A stretch of 63,378 nucleotides of DNA, filler included, from Octopus bimaculoides (taxonomy: Eukaryota): NCBI RefSeq assembly GCF_001194135.2. It is 5 parts of 4 records of this genome, joined end to end, with 100 filler letters (N's around TTAATTAATTAA, not from the genome) between each part and the next. Parts side by side here need not be neighbours in the genome. Positions count along the whole stretch, not along the records: positions 46,150 to 59,489 come from NC_068986.1; positions 59,590 to 63,378 come from NC_068996.1; 3 more parts are not named here. The stretch is one strand, 5' to 3'. The notes below the pieces were generated by a model. It had not been told where the DNA came from. It did not search any database and saw nothing but the letters and a program-made list of their open reading frames with translations. Of the stretch, positions 47,635 to 60,130 are shown one piece after another (the stretch's first letter is position 1; every line of letters starts with the position of its first letter). The position numbers and the translations under genes are program-made.

Positions 47635-49421
47635 NNNNNNNNNNNNNNNNNNNNNNNNNNNNNNNNNNNNNNNNNNNNNNNNNNNNNNNNNNNNNNNNNN
47701 NNNNNNNNNNNNNNNNNNNNNNNNNNNNNNNNNNNNNNNNNNNNNNNNNNNNNNNNNNNNNNNNNNNNNNNNNNNNNNNNNNNNNNNNNNNNNNNNNNAT
47801 ATGGCCCTTTAAATTGTTGGTGATAGAACCACGTGTCTGATTAAACATGTAAGTGTAAATACTTATAGTTTTATTATATTTTAAACAGTTTTAATTAGCT
47901 TTAAACATAGCAAGGTTTTCAATTACAAGTACTTTTATTAGTTCCTATTTAATGAAATTTAATGTTTTTATTAGTTACTGGTAATTTAATATTATAGCTT
48001 TCAGTGGTGATATATTAATGAGTATATAATGTCTTATTATTAACTTTTGAATGATGAAATGATGTATTTCACTCGTAAAATATTAGTCAAATTATTTTCA
48101 ATCGTGTTTTGTTTTGGAGAGATTTATATAAGGCTTTAACTTTCATTATAGTAGAATCTATGGAAGATTGGTGGGATTATTATTTGTATGGACTTAAAGA
48201 TTGGTCGCAATTTAGCATATAATTTAGTTATTGCAATTTATTATTAAAATCGACACAAGGTACATTGGCTTATATGTTTCTTTGTAGTAGTTTTATTAAA
48301 GTTAGTGTTTAATCCTGCCTATATATTCATTGATTGGAATAACGTGGTTATTAAGCTTTTATTTGTTACGGAAGAAGGTAGAGATTTTTGTATGACTTAA
48401 TAGAGTTGTCTCTGTCTAGTTATTCTTTTAGAAGTAGTTGTAATTTACTTATTGAATTTATTTATCTATACAGTTGTACATAAGATGTGTTTGAATGTTG
48501 TAGTTTTTTTGGTTTGTTTGTTCCCAAACGACACTTATTTTAGTGCGGTTGACATTGCCGGATTGAATGGTTCTGCCCAGGTATCGAAACCATAATGATA
48601 TCCGTATGGCAGCTGATGATGGAGGTATGTTGGATTGTTGGTATGGCTGTGTTTGTATATGTGGAATAGTATTATTGGTCTGTTGGTATGGCTGTGGAAT
48701 AGTATTATAACACATCCTTTCGATATATATATATATATATANNNNNNNNNNNNNNNNNNNNNNNNNNNNNNNNNNNNNNNNNNNNNNNNNNNNNNNNNNN
48801 NNNNNNNNNNNNNNNNNNNNNNNNNNNNNNNNNNNNNNNNNNNNNNNNNNNNNNNNNNNNNNNNNNNNNNNNNNNNNNNNNNNNNNNNNNNNNNNNNNNN
48901 NNNNNNNNNNNNNNNNNNNNNNNNNNNNNNNNNNNNNNNNNNNNNNNNNNNNNNNNNNNNNNNNNNNNNNNNNNNNNNNNNNNNNNNNNNNNNNNNNNNN
49001 NNNNNNNNNNNNNNNNNNNNNNNNNNNNNNNNNNNNNNNNNNNNNNNNNNNNNNNNNNNNNNNNNNNNNNNNNNNNNNNNNNNNNNNNNNNNNNNNNNNN
49101 NNNNNNNNNNNNNNNNNNNNNNNNNNNNNNNNNNNNNNNNNNNNNNNNNNNNNNNNNNNNNNNNNNNNNNNNNNNNNNNNNNNNNNNNNNNNNNNNNNNN
49201 NNNNNNNNNNNNNNNNNNNNNNNNNNNNNNNNNNNNNNNNNNNNNNNNNNNNNNNNNNNNNNNNNNNNNNNNNNNNNNNNNNNNNNNNNNNNNNNNNNNN
49301 NNNNNNNNNNNNNNNNNNNNNNNNNNNNNNNNNNNNNNNNNNNNNNNNNNNNNNNNNNNNNNNNNNNNNNNNNNNNNNNNNNNNNNNNNNNNNNNNNNNN
49401 NNNNNNNNNNNNNNNNNNNNN

Positions 49422-49464
<43 letters not shown>

Positions 49465-50046
49465 CGTACATAGACACACAAACACATATATATACGTACA
49501 TACATATACACACACGCACATATATATTTGTACATATATGCATACGTACATACATACACACACACTCTACACAGACACACACACTCTACACAGACACACA
49601 CACACACACACATATGTATGTATGTATGTATGTATTAGCTCACAACCAACACCACCGCTAGCACCATCATTAACATCATCATCATCATCATCATCAAAAT
49701 ACTTAGAAGTGTGATAGCGATGGAGAAGAATAGTGACAGGGAGGTAGTTGAATAGAGATTGCTCAAAGCTTTTAATTAATTTATTCCAGTCAAATCAGAC
49801 ATTTTCCATTAGTAATGAATTTAAAGTTTTATTTCTAACACCAACATCTGACAAATCGTAGACATAAAACAAAAAAAAAAAAAGTAATTCACACTGTCAG
49901 AAATATTATAGACAAATGGAAATTTAGTGAGGTGAGAGATGGAAAGGGAGAGATTATAACGAAAACACAAATGACAAGAGTGATTGGTCGTGAGTATATT
50001 GAGGTAAAAAGAAATATGGCGAGCTGATGGGATTAATGTTGTAACA

Positions 50047-50086
<40 letters not shown>

Positions 50087-50189
50087 GTGGACTGTCCTGT
50101 CGCAGACGACATGTGGAGGTTCCGGAATTTTATTGCTGAAAAACCTGCAGAGAATATTTGTTTATAGTAATCAAATGTTTTGTGCAGCA

Positions 50190-50400
50190 TATTAGTCCAC
50201 TCAGCTAGTCAAAATGAATTGCACCTGTAGTTCAATCGGCCAGCCTTGTCGCATTCGGCGTGTCATGCTGAATCTTCCTGTGAACTATATTAAGGGTACG
50301 CGTGTCTGTGGAGTGTTCAGTCACTTGCACGTTAATTTCATGAACAGGCTGTTCCGCTGATCGAATCAACTGGAAAACTCGTCGTCGCAACCAATGGAGT
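50190..50400 (+). mobile_element. SINE family C, 3' fragment
   Basis: cagccttgtc...aactatattaagggtacgcgtgtctgtggagtgttcagtcacttgcacgttaatttca...tcaactgga. Confidence 0.8.
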
Positions 50401-50439
50401 ACCTAGCGGCAAATTAGTTTTAATACTCTGTCCATCAAA

Positions 50440-50618
50440 TAGACATTGCCTATACAGGTGCACGATGTACCAAACTTCAGATGTTGAAGTGATCGCAGAG
50501 CAACATGAAATTAAGTGTTTTGCTCATGGTCACAATACACCGTTCAGTCCGAGAATAGAAACCGCGATCTTGTAATTGTAAGTGCAACACCCTAACCACT
50601 AGGCCAGACGCCTTCACA
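50440..50618 (-). mobile_element. tRNA-headed SINE, 5' part (family C-related variant)
   Basis: Minus strand gtgaaggcgtctggcctagtggttagggtgttgcac...gatcgcggtttctattctcggac shows A and B boxes. Confidence 0.7.
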
Positions 50619-51001
50619 TTTATTTATATATCTTCACACACCCCTCCCCCCCCCTCTCTCTCTCTCTCTCCACACACACACGTATATGAAAAATGGAGCA
50701 GGGAAATGATTAACTAACAGAAAAGAACAAAGATCAAATATACATGGAAATCCTCTCATCAGCCATGGAAACCAGACTACAAGCGTAGTTTCGGTGCGTT
50801 TAAAATTTGGAGACTTTAAATTCTTGGGTGCTGCTTGTCTAGCTCCACCAGGGATTTAGGCAATATTACAGAAGTAATGGATAAACAAGGACTAAAAGTA
50901 AAGGACCATAACACACAAGTAGGTTGCAAAATTACGGTCAGAAGCTAATAATAAAGTGACAAAAGTTTTGTGTATACACACACGCGCACGTACGCACGCA
51001 T

Positions 51002-51032
<31 letters not shown>

Positions 51033-51726
51033 TATGCGCAACCAGAAACACAAACACTATTGTACGTTAATGCATACAAATATACGTATGCTTGTATACG
51101 TGCGTGTGTGTGTGTATGTGTGTGTGTGTACACAGATATAACTTTTGATACTGTATTAATAACTTCTATTTGTATGTACGTATGTATGTATGTAAGTATG
51201 TATGTATGTATGTATACATGTACGAATGTATGCATGCATTCATGCATACACATGCAGACGGTTGCCTGTCGGCCAGGCACGGTAGAAAACAACACTCACC
51301 CGAAGTAGAGCTATAGAAAAGGAAGATTCTATCATTTCATATGAGGAATGAGAACGAAAATTGAAGAACATCTGTCTTCGTCGAAAATTAGAATAGAAAG
51401 GACAGACTGGAAGAATTATGGGCTTGACCTGCAGTGGTGGTAGTAGCGAGTAGAGGAACGGTGAGAGGGGGAAAAGAAAGAGAAGAGTAAGTGTGAAAGC
51501 GAGTAAGTAAAGAACCAAGAGAGAGATAGGAAAGAACATACAGAGGGGGAAAAAATTACAAGCCGCATGAAGTAAAAGGTAGAAGTATTACATGCTAGTG
51601 AAAACAAGGGAGAAAGACAAAAAAAGAGAGAAAGACAAAAAAAGAGAGAAAGACAAAAAAAGGGAGAAAGAAAGAGGGGGAGAGAAACAGATAGATTGGA
51701 AACGATTAACAGAAAAGGATAATGCA

Positions 51727-51945
51727 GCGAGCTGGCAGAAACGTTAGCACGCCGGGCGAAATGCTTAGCGGTATTTCGTCTGCCGTTACGTTCTGAGTTC
51801 AAATTCCGCCGAGGTCGACTTAGCCTTTCGTGGTCGATAAATTAAGTACCAGTTACGCACTGGGGTCGATGTAATTGACTTAATCCCTTTGTCTGTCCTT
51901 GTTTGTCCCCTCTATGTTTAGCCCCTTGTGAGCAATAAAGAAATA
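51727..51945 (+). mobile_element. SINE family A with 16-bp TSD, young
   Basis: TSD agaaaaggataatgca at 51711-51726 and 51946-51961; nearly identical to 57007-57235. Confidence 0.95.
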
Positions 51946-52019
51946 AGAAAAGGATAATGCATGTACACTTCTTAGATTAGGTCAACGTGTAAATAGGAAC
52001 ACTGAACGAAATGCATTGC

Positions 52020-52250
52020 ATTACTTAACTTCGTCAAAGCGGCAACCGGCAGAATTGTTAGCATACCGGGCAAAATGCTTAGCGGCATTTCATCTATCTT
52101 TACGTTCTAAGTTCAAATTCCGCCGAGGTCGACTTTACCTTTCATCCTTTCAGGGTCGATAAATTAATTGTGAAACACTGGGGTCGATGTAATCGACAAT
52201 TCCCCTCCCCCAAAGTTTTAGGTTATGTGCTTATAATAAAAGGGATTATA
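52020..52250 (+). mobile_element. SINE family A, older copy
   Basis: gcggcaaccggcagaattgttagc...gttcaaattccgccgaggtcgac...ggggtcgatgtaatcgac. Confidence 0.85.
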
Positions 52251-52584
52251 TAACTTCGTATCTTAATGCTTTAAGTTCAAATCTTATATTCGAATTATAT
52301 TTCAGCAGATATAAAACAGTTAAGAGGTAGCAGTGATATATTGGGATCGATTTAATTTACCTACCGCCACCCCTCCATCTTCCTTATACGAAACAGTCAC
52401 CTTCTACCTACTCGAATGAAATCGACAAATTTCTTGGAATTGTTCTATTCTTTAAAATTAGGATACTTTAATTTGGTTGTATTATTGTGTTGAGTCCGGA
52501 GTTTTGCAATATTTTGATAACTTAATTTCTTTTATTTGTCACGTTACAACAAAAGCAGCTTAGCATGCAAAATAGAGGCACCAT

Positions 52585-53095
52585 GTTACACTGTCTGAAG
52601 CCAACGTTCTGCCAGTTCTTTGATTCCATGTTGATACCATTCTTGTCCCTCGAGGCGAAGAACTCCTTTACTGAAGCTTCAACCTCCTCTTACTTGATGA
52701 AGAGTCATGAGCGCAGGAAGTGAACTACAGAACGGAACAAGTAATAATCCGAGGTATCTGGATCCGGACTATATGTTGGGTGTGGCATCAGTTAGATTCC
52801 CTCAATTTCCTGGAGCTTATTCTGGGTCGATCGAGGGGTATGAAGTCTTGTATTGTCTTGCTGCAGAAGATTTCGCTTTCTGCTAATCAATACTAGATAT
52901 TTTTTGCCGCACGGTGACACTCCGCTCCAGCCGTTTGGTGTACAGACTAGTATCGATGGTTCGACCGTCTGGAACGAACTCGTAGTGAATTATCCCCTCG
53001 TAATTCCACCAGACACAGAGCATCGCCTTGTCTTCGAAACGTTCATGTTTGGCGATAAGTTCTGGAAGTTGGCTCTTGCTGAACCACTGCTTATG
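52585..53095 (-). mobile_element. Mariner (DD34D) transposase remnant, 3' half
   Basis: Minus strand reads KQWFSKSQLP...KAMLCVWWNYEGIIHYEFVPDGRTIDTSLY...; YSPDPDTSDYYLFRSVVHFL...EEVEASVKEFFASRDK. Confidence 0.9.
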
Positions 53096-53119
53096 TAAGT
53101 GAGGATGGCAAAAAATATC

Positions 53120-53395
53120 TCCCTCAGATTACTTGTTCCGATCCATAGCTCACTTACTGAGCTCGCAACGGTTCATCAACCAAGAGGAGGTAGAAGCTTC
53201 GGTAAAGTTCTTCGCCTCGAAGGACAAAAGCTGTTATCAGCGTGAGATCAAAGAACTGGCAGAAAGGTGGCTTCAAACGGAGCGACAGAACGGCCTCTTT
53301 GAATGATTGGCTGCTCTTGTAACTTAACAAATAAAGCAAATAAACTACCAAAATATTGCAAGACATAATATTTTAGACCGCAATAGTTTTTGTAA
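53120..53395 (+). mobile_element. Mariner 3' end remnant, opposite orientation to its neighbour
   Basis: SDYLFRSIAHLLSSQRFINQEEVEAS.KFFASKDKSCYQREIKELAERWLQT....GLFE*, followed by the 3' terminal region. Confidence 0.85.
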
Positions 53396-53673
53396 TATAA
53401 AACTGATTTTCAGAGGTGTACCTGCCAGGTAAGTGATTTGATTTGAAACTGTGTGTTGAAAGTAAAACAATTGCAGCATGGAAAACACGTTATCTATTCA
53501 AAAACACACAAAGACTGCTAACTTCACTTAAATGTTTTTTATTTGTTACATCGTGTCAAGCGTTTCGTCATACGAACTGCGACATGGTCATTGAAACGAG
53601 TACAGATTTGCTAATGCTACATGTAGTGTCACAAGTTAGACTGGACATAATTTGATAGACATGAACTAAAGTT

Positions 53674-53717
<44 letters not shown>

Positions 53718-53807
53718 GCTATGCTAACAGGGTAGTGAAACGAAACATTTTCATTTTGCTACCTGGCTCTATAAGCTTTGTCAAATCATATTCAATCCTC
53801 AACTAAA

Positions 53808-54470
53808 GGATCTTTCTGAATTGACGGGCACCACTTTTCATTTATGTTTTATGTAGTGTTTTTGATACCGAAACACCTTCAAACTTCGTATACTTGTATA
53901 TTTTGTGTTATAGAACAGATAAAAAATTTTGTATTCGAAGTTATTTCATGTAAAAAAATTGTCGTATTTCGGTAATTTCAACCAATCACTGACGTCTATT
54001 GAGGTGAAAACAATTACTGCTGTGAATTGTGAACACCACACGTTGTGCGGTAAAATAGGATCTTTTTAGTGCCGTTGTTTGTCAACAACAACTATCAGCG
54101 GTACTGTTATTTATAACATCGTTCGTTCGTTTGTACTGGTTTTAGCTTTAAGGTTTTAGGGTTAGGGTTAGGGTTATGATTTTTGCCATAACCTAACTCA
54201 TAACCCTAACCCTAGGGAATAACGATCTTGACACCGGCAAAAATTATTGTTTACAAAAACAGCAGTAACTTATTCAGCTGAATAGACGTCAGTGATTGGT
54301 TGAAATTACAGAAATACGACAATTTTAACATGAAATAACTTGCAATATATAATTTTTTGTTAAGAAGGCTAAGAGAAAAAGTTGTTTTATATGACACATT
54401 CTACCAATATTCCAAGTTTGAAAGTGTTGCGTTAAGAAAACAAGTGGTGCCCGTCAATTCAGAAAGATCC
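53808..54470. mobile_element. Fold-back MITE, GG-initiated TIRs, 8-bp TSD (Merlin-like by terminal features)
   Basis: Left ggatctttctgaattgacgggcaccactt and right aagtggtgcccgtcaattcagaaagatcc; TSD caactaaa at 53800-53807 and 54471-54478; subterminal arms 53920-54022 and 54260-54360 also pair; central (TTAGGG)3...(CCCTAA)-type hairpin. Confidence 0.9.
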
Positions 54471-54789
54471 CAACTAAATATTGAGCTATGCGTGAGAGAG
54501 AGAGAGAGACATACAGACAGAATAAAAGAAAGGTGGAGACAGTTGCTTTAATTCACAAGTTTAATGAAAGAACTTGAAACGAGCAGTCGTAATATATCGC
54601 AATGTTAACATTTTGTGACTTGTAGAAATGTATAAAACTTCTCTAATTATCATTAATGATGTAACCGTTTGCTTATGAATACATAAGTAGGCGCAGGTTG
54701 TCTAGAATACTTATTATATTCAAGAATTCGCGCAGTTACTTTACTGCTTGTTGAATTAGAGCGTTGGTTTACAACAGCATTTTACTTAT

Positions 54790-55720
54790 GGGTTTGATGA
54801 CATAATCAACATTGGCATTCTTTCAGTAATTCAAAATCTTTTAAACGTGCCTGTTACCTGCAGACTTTACCAGACTGCCTTCTCAATATCTTTTGCTACC
54901 TACCCGTCCCAAAACTCAAATTTTATCTAGTTACATTCTAAGACTTCGATGTTTATCATGCCCTAGTGACATCACGTGCCAAATATCCACATTTCTCTTT
55001 TCTCCAATCCCACCTCGTACACTTCCAGCATTCCACATTTGTTTGGGTTAATTTATTACTATTTTTGTCCCTTTTTAAGTCACTGGGTATTCGCCGTAGC
55101 TTAGCAAAATTTATCACTCACCCATCTTATTTTTAGTCTATTACGTAGCGATAAAGGTAGCAAATATGTCTCAGTTGTAATTGTAACATTTGTAGAGCAG
55201 AATATTCAAACTCAGCGATTTTCTCATCATGTAACCGCTCAAAGCGTCGCATATTTCAGTTCCAGGTCTCGGTCTTTTGTCAAGATAAACACTGAAGTTT
55301 ACCGTTTACAACGAACATTCAAATAACCAACCAACGTGTTACTGAAAAAAATTCATGCATCCGCCTGAAATCGGATACCATGCACCTATTGTGGCCTGTC
55401 AATACATCGAATGAAGTTTTGTTGTCTGTCGCACTTCTTACATCTGGGTGCATCAAACAGTTTTCTCTCCCTCATTTCTACAAGCATGCACCTTAACTCA
55501 AACAATGACAAAATGCGGCCCTTGTATTAAACTTAAATAAACCGAATCTTTTCTCCTTTTTGTCTGGTGCTACTTTTCTTAAGCAGGCCTATCCTCCAAT
55601 ATACTGCTTTCCAGTGTTGCATCCTTGCAGAACCGTATCTACTCTTCTTTAAACGTTCTCTTTAAAGAGATATACCACCAGATGCTGAAGACTGACGACG
55701 GCAATTCTTGCCTAACTCGC
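54790..55720 (+). mobile_element. Possible highly decayed Penelope-like 3' end
   Basis: Weak similarity to the PLE C-terminal and GIY-YIG regions (SVIQNLFKRACY; ICLSCNCNICRAEY), ending in a degenerate hammerhead-like motif at 55692-55716. Confidence 0.35.
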
Positions 55721-57006
55721 TAGTAAGTTTCATTGCCAGGAACAAAACGTTCAGCTTTCACTAACCGGGCTCCTTTCTATGTCTTATCTAAATTTATCGT
55801 GCAAGTCATAAATTTGATGCATGTATAACCAACTACTGGAAACTATGAACAACCTACACTATCCGTATTTACAGTAACAAAACACTATACATACACATTC
55901 TGGATGACTCGCTGCAGTTTGTCCAAGAACACGTGAACACATTTGGAAAACCTTGGTGGAACGGTCAAATAGAATTATCTAAGCGGATATACAAGATTTT
56001 TGTACCCTTCAATCAGCTACAATCCTAACATAAGATGCCATTCCCTTTTAGCTATTAACACTAGTTAGTAGAATGTTCAAGAAGTTTCTAGATGCCAGTA
56101 GAAGTCTGTGCATCCGGCCCCAGTTGGAGTATCCCCGGTCACTAATCTGAAAGGACTACCTACACTTCCATGAAAATCAATCTATAATTCTGGATTCAGA
56201 AATAGTCCTAATCTCAGTACCAAGCATTTCTGAAAACTCCGCTCATTTTGGAGTAAATCTTGTAGATGATGATGACCAGATGGCGTGTGAGTGCGTATAC
56301 ACCTTAAAAACTTGTTTCACTGATAGATCCTATGAGGTATAACACACAGCAATGTTCAAAATCGTGCGTGTGTATAAACTGATCACATTTTAAAGATCTT
56401 GACAACCGATTTCATTCAGTGAATAAATTGTGTTTATTGGATATGTTCTGAAGTAATTATAACGATTTAAAACCATTTTTTTTTTTTCAGAATTCTGCAA
56501 AACCTGCAATGAAATGGCATTTGAATTATTTTATTTATTTTTTGATAAGGGGAAGATTTCAAATCCCTGAATTTTAAAAGCTTTGTACTTAAATTGATTT
56601 AAAAACATATCAGGAACCACACATATCACAAGATTTTTCTCGGGCTTTTTTTTTTTTAATCCAGGTTATAAAATAAATCAAATGTGTAATCTGTATTGTA
56701 CCACAAAATCTTGAAAATGCAGTTTTCAGCAAAATTTTCATCTGCAAATGTCGAGATAGTCGAAAAATTATTAAGTTCAGCGAATTCATAAGCGTAAATG
56801 AAGCATCCTAAGTTCAGTGAGTAGCAGCTGATTAAACTTGGCATGTTAGTTACTTGTTCTAAGTTATAATTCAATATCTAATTAAATATGCAAATTAGTT
56901 AACCACGTTTTCAAGTTTTAAATATGTAAATTAGTTTCAATAATTTTTCAAATTCTCCACTGAATAGCATTCACCACATTTGAGAAGAACTCTATTTGTT
57001 ATTTCA

Positions 57007-57235
57007 GCGAGCTGGCAGAAACGTTAGCACGCCGGGCGAAATGCTTAGCGGTATTTCGTCTGCCGTTACGTTCTGAGTTCAAATTCCGCCGAGGTCGACT
57101 TTGCCTTTCATCCTTTCGGGGTCGATAAATTAAGTACCAGTTACGTACTGGGGTCGATGTAATCGACTTAATCTCTTTGTCTGTTCTTGTTTGTCCCCTC
57201 TGTGTTTAGCCCATTGTGGCCAATAAAGAAATAAG
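57007..57235 (+). mobile_element. SINE family A, young full-length copy
   Basis: gcgagctggcagaaacgttagcacgccgggcgaaatgcttagcggtatttcgtctgccgttacgttctgagttcaaattccgccgaggtcgac...aataaagaaataag. Confidence 0.95.
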
Positions 57236-57368
57236 AACTGTATTGTTGTATCTGTCGATAGTAAGCCTCAATAAAATATACACCAGGGTACCGCAGCTAG
57301 TTTCTCATTCCAGAAAATCTGATTATACTCATAGAAATTCCGACACAATAACCAAGCTTAAAACAAGA

Positions 57369-57410
57369 CACCTGAAGACGGCTGGAGCGTACAACAGCCG
57401 AAACGTAGTG
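57369..57410 (+). ncRNA. Minimal hammerhead ribozyme motif (Penelope-type)
   Basis: cac-CTGAAGA-c-ggctg[gagcgtacaa]cagcc-GAAACGTA-gtg: complete core, 5-bp stem II, 3-bp stem I; stem III reduced to palindromic ACGT. Confidence 0.6.
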
Positions 57411-58439
57411 AAAGTAACAATCAAGATAAGGACACCAGTCCGACTAATATTTTGCCGTTGCTTCAATTTGTACAGGTTGCACCCAAGTCACAATCAGAGA
57501 CGTTAAGGGACAAGGCTTTGCATCTACAGATACAAACAAGTGAAGCGCTATACAATTGAAGAAAAAAAAACTCATCTCAGCAATATAGAATTGCATACTA
57601 GAAGAAGAAAGCCCAGATTTTGTAGATTTAAACATTTTTTCACCTTTTCATTGCAAAATTAAATTTCATAGCTATTTCAGTAATGTTAATTATCTATCAA
57701 AATGTAGAATTATTTTCTGCAAGTCACGTTGCTCTCAATAAACTTGACGTACTTCGACAGAAAACCATTTCAAATATTGACTTTCCTCAGTGTAAGTTAG
57801 ATTGGAATCATAAATTTTCAAAAATTCTTTTGCATAGTCCAATACTTTCTAACTCCGATTTAACCAAATTCCCGATCAGTCTTTCTAACGGAGCTTCTTC
57901 ACATCCAATATATCTTCTTCCACTACCACTCCTAACTACAGCTATCGGATGTTTACTTCTCAACGTCTCCTGATCACACAGCGAACTACGTAGGTGAGCA
58001 TGCGAATCAATTCTACATTTCTACTCGGGAGCAATGGAATGTCTCTTTGCGTTTCTATGTGGAATTTTAGTGCCACTGACCAGTAGTGTCTGATGCGAGT
58101 AACGTAGTCTATGCCTTCCCATGTATGCCATTTGTGCAGTTTTTTGTCTAGCATCGTATGCATCGCCCAAAAGTAGACAGAGATCGAATGTACTTTCCGA
58201 GGAAAGAAGGCAGTCGGAAGTTAATACAATCTCAACTCTCATTGAAAACTGCAACAAACAAATGACTTGATGTTGAAGATGGCTCTCTCTACAACACGAA
58301 GATACCAAAAAGTTGCAGGAATTATGTAATAGAATACCTTCGGGAAATGCCGCTAAATGAACCAGTACTCGAAGAAAATGGGTCCCCAACTGAAAAAGCA
58401 AAACAAATTATATATATATATATATATATATAGCCAAAC

Positions 58440-58930
58440 AAACCAGCCTCCAATATACTAGGAGAAATGGGAACAAAAACCACTGTATGGCAAATACCTA
58501 ATTAGAGCCAAGAATCCTAATGGAGACCAAATCATGCCCATCAGTGGCTGGCATGCTCTCATTTCAAACCAGAAATTAAGGGATATATCAATGCTGCTGA
58601 AGGTCAGTCCTTTCCAACTAGGAATTTACTAGAGTAATGTTCTGAAAACTGAAAGAAGCCCATCGTTCTGCATTTGTGGAGAACATCCAGAGACAATCGA
58701 CCACATAATCTCTGGATGCAGCCAACTGGCACGAAGAGTAGTTGCTAAGATGTGACAGGGAAGCTCAGTACATACACTGGTCAATATGTCACACATGCAA
58801 CCTTCCTCATAAAGAGAATTGGTGAGAACATAAACCACCACAAATTGTCCAGAATGCTGAAGTTACCATCCTTTGGAATTTAAGGGTTCAAACTGATTGG
58901 GAAATTCAGTATAACCGACCAGATATCAAT
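58440..58930 (+). mobile_element. RLE-type (R4/Dong-like) LINE zinc-knuckle fragment
   Basis: HGQYLIRA...FCICGEHPETIDHIISGCSQLA...; the same region as 3870-4290. Confidence 0.8.
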
Positions 58931-59489
58931 ACGAAAAAAATCATGTTAAAAAGACATTTTTTTTTTTAAAGAAGGGCATCCTTGGTATTAGAAAAGGTAT
59001 CCAGTCATAAAAACCATACTAAAACAAACACAGTAGCCTGGTGTAGTCTTCTACTCGGCCGGCTCCTCTCAAACCGTCCAACGCATGCCAGCATGGAAAA
59101 CGGACGTTAAACGATGATGATGTCGCAATCCTATTTGACAAAGAAACACGTCTCTGGAGAACGTTGAGAAATTGAATTAATATAAGAACGTGAAGATAGA
59201 AATTAGAGGAATGTAACATTTTGAAGTAACAACAATACCTACTGTTATTGAATCACCTACCTTTTGTTATACCTTTTCTAATATCCAAATATCAAACGAA
59301 GAAAACGAATATCCAAATCAAATACCTGGCAAAAAATCATACTTACTAAGTACCTCACATATTGTAATTTCCTCTCCATGTAAACGCAATTTTATTCATT
59401 CAGTGTATAAAGAGGTTCTTTTTTTTTTTCTTTTTACACAGACATCGGTTTTTGTTTTGCCTTTTTCTTTTTTTTTTTTTTTTTTTTTT

Positions 59490-59589
59490 NNNNNNNNNNN
59501 NNNNNNNNNNNNNNNNNNNNNNNNNNNNNNNNNTTAATTAATTAANNNNNNNNNNNNNNNNNNNNNNNNNNNNNNNNNNNNNNNNNNNN
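59490..59589. other. Artificial 100-bp gap with TTAATTAATTAA linker
   Basis: 44 N + 12-mer + 44 N. Confidence 0.95.
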
Positions 59590-59623
<34 letters not shown>

Positions 59624-59899
59624 CTACAAAATGCAAATGTGCACAGATAAATATGTAGACATATATATATCTATATATATGTACATATACACACACGCAT
59701 ATGTACACACACACATATATATACACACATACACATATACATATATGCATATACACACATACATACACTCACACACACATATGCATGTATACATATACAT
59801 ATATACATATATGGATCTAGATTGCAAGATCATTTGTCAAATACAAGTTATTCAAACACACACACACACACACACACACAATGGATTCATTTCAGTTTC

Positions 59900-60130
59900 T
59901 TATTTCTTTACTGCCCACAAGGGGCTACACACAGAGGGGACAAACAAGGACAGACAAACAGATTACGTTGATTACATCGACACCAGTGTGTAACTGGTAC
60001 TTAATTTATCGACGCCGAAAGGATGAAAGGCAAAGTCGACCTCGATGGAATTTGAACTCAGAATGTAGCAACTGACGAAATACCGCTAAGCATTTCGCCT
60101 GGCGCGCTAACGACTCTGCCATATCGCCAC
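59900..60130 (-). mobile_element. SINE family A
   Basis: cttatttctttactgcccacaaggggct...gtcgacctcgatggaatttgaactcagaatgtagc...ccgctaagcatttcgcc is the reverse complement of 57007-57235. Confidence 0.92.

Noticed and set aside
48584-48630. gaaaccata...tatggcagctgatga as a permuted hammerhead
   Set aside because: No U at position 16.1, no room for stem I between the triplet and CTGATGA, and no stem II partner.
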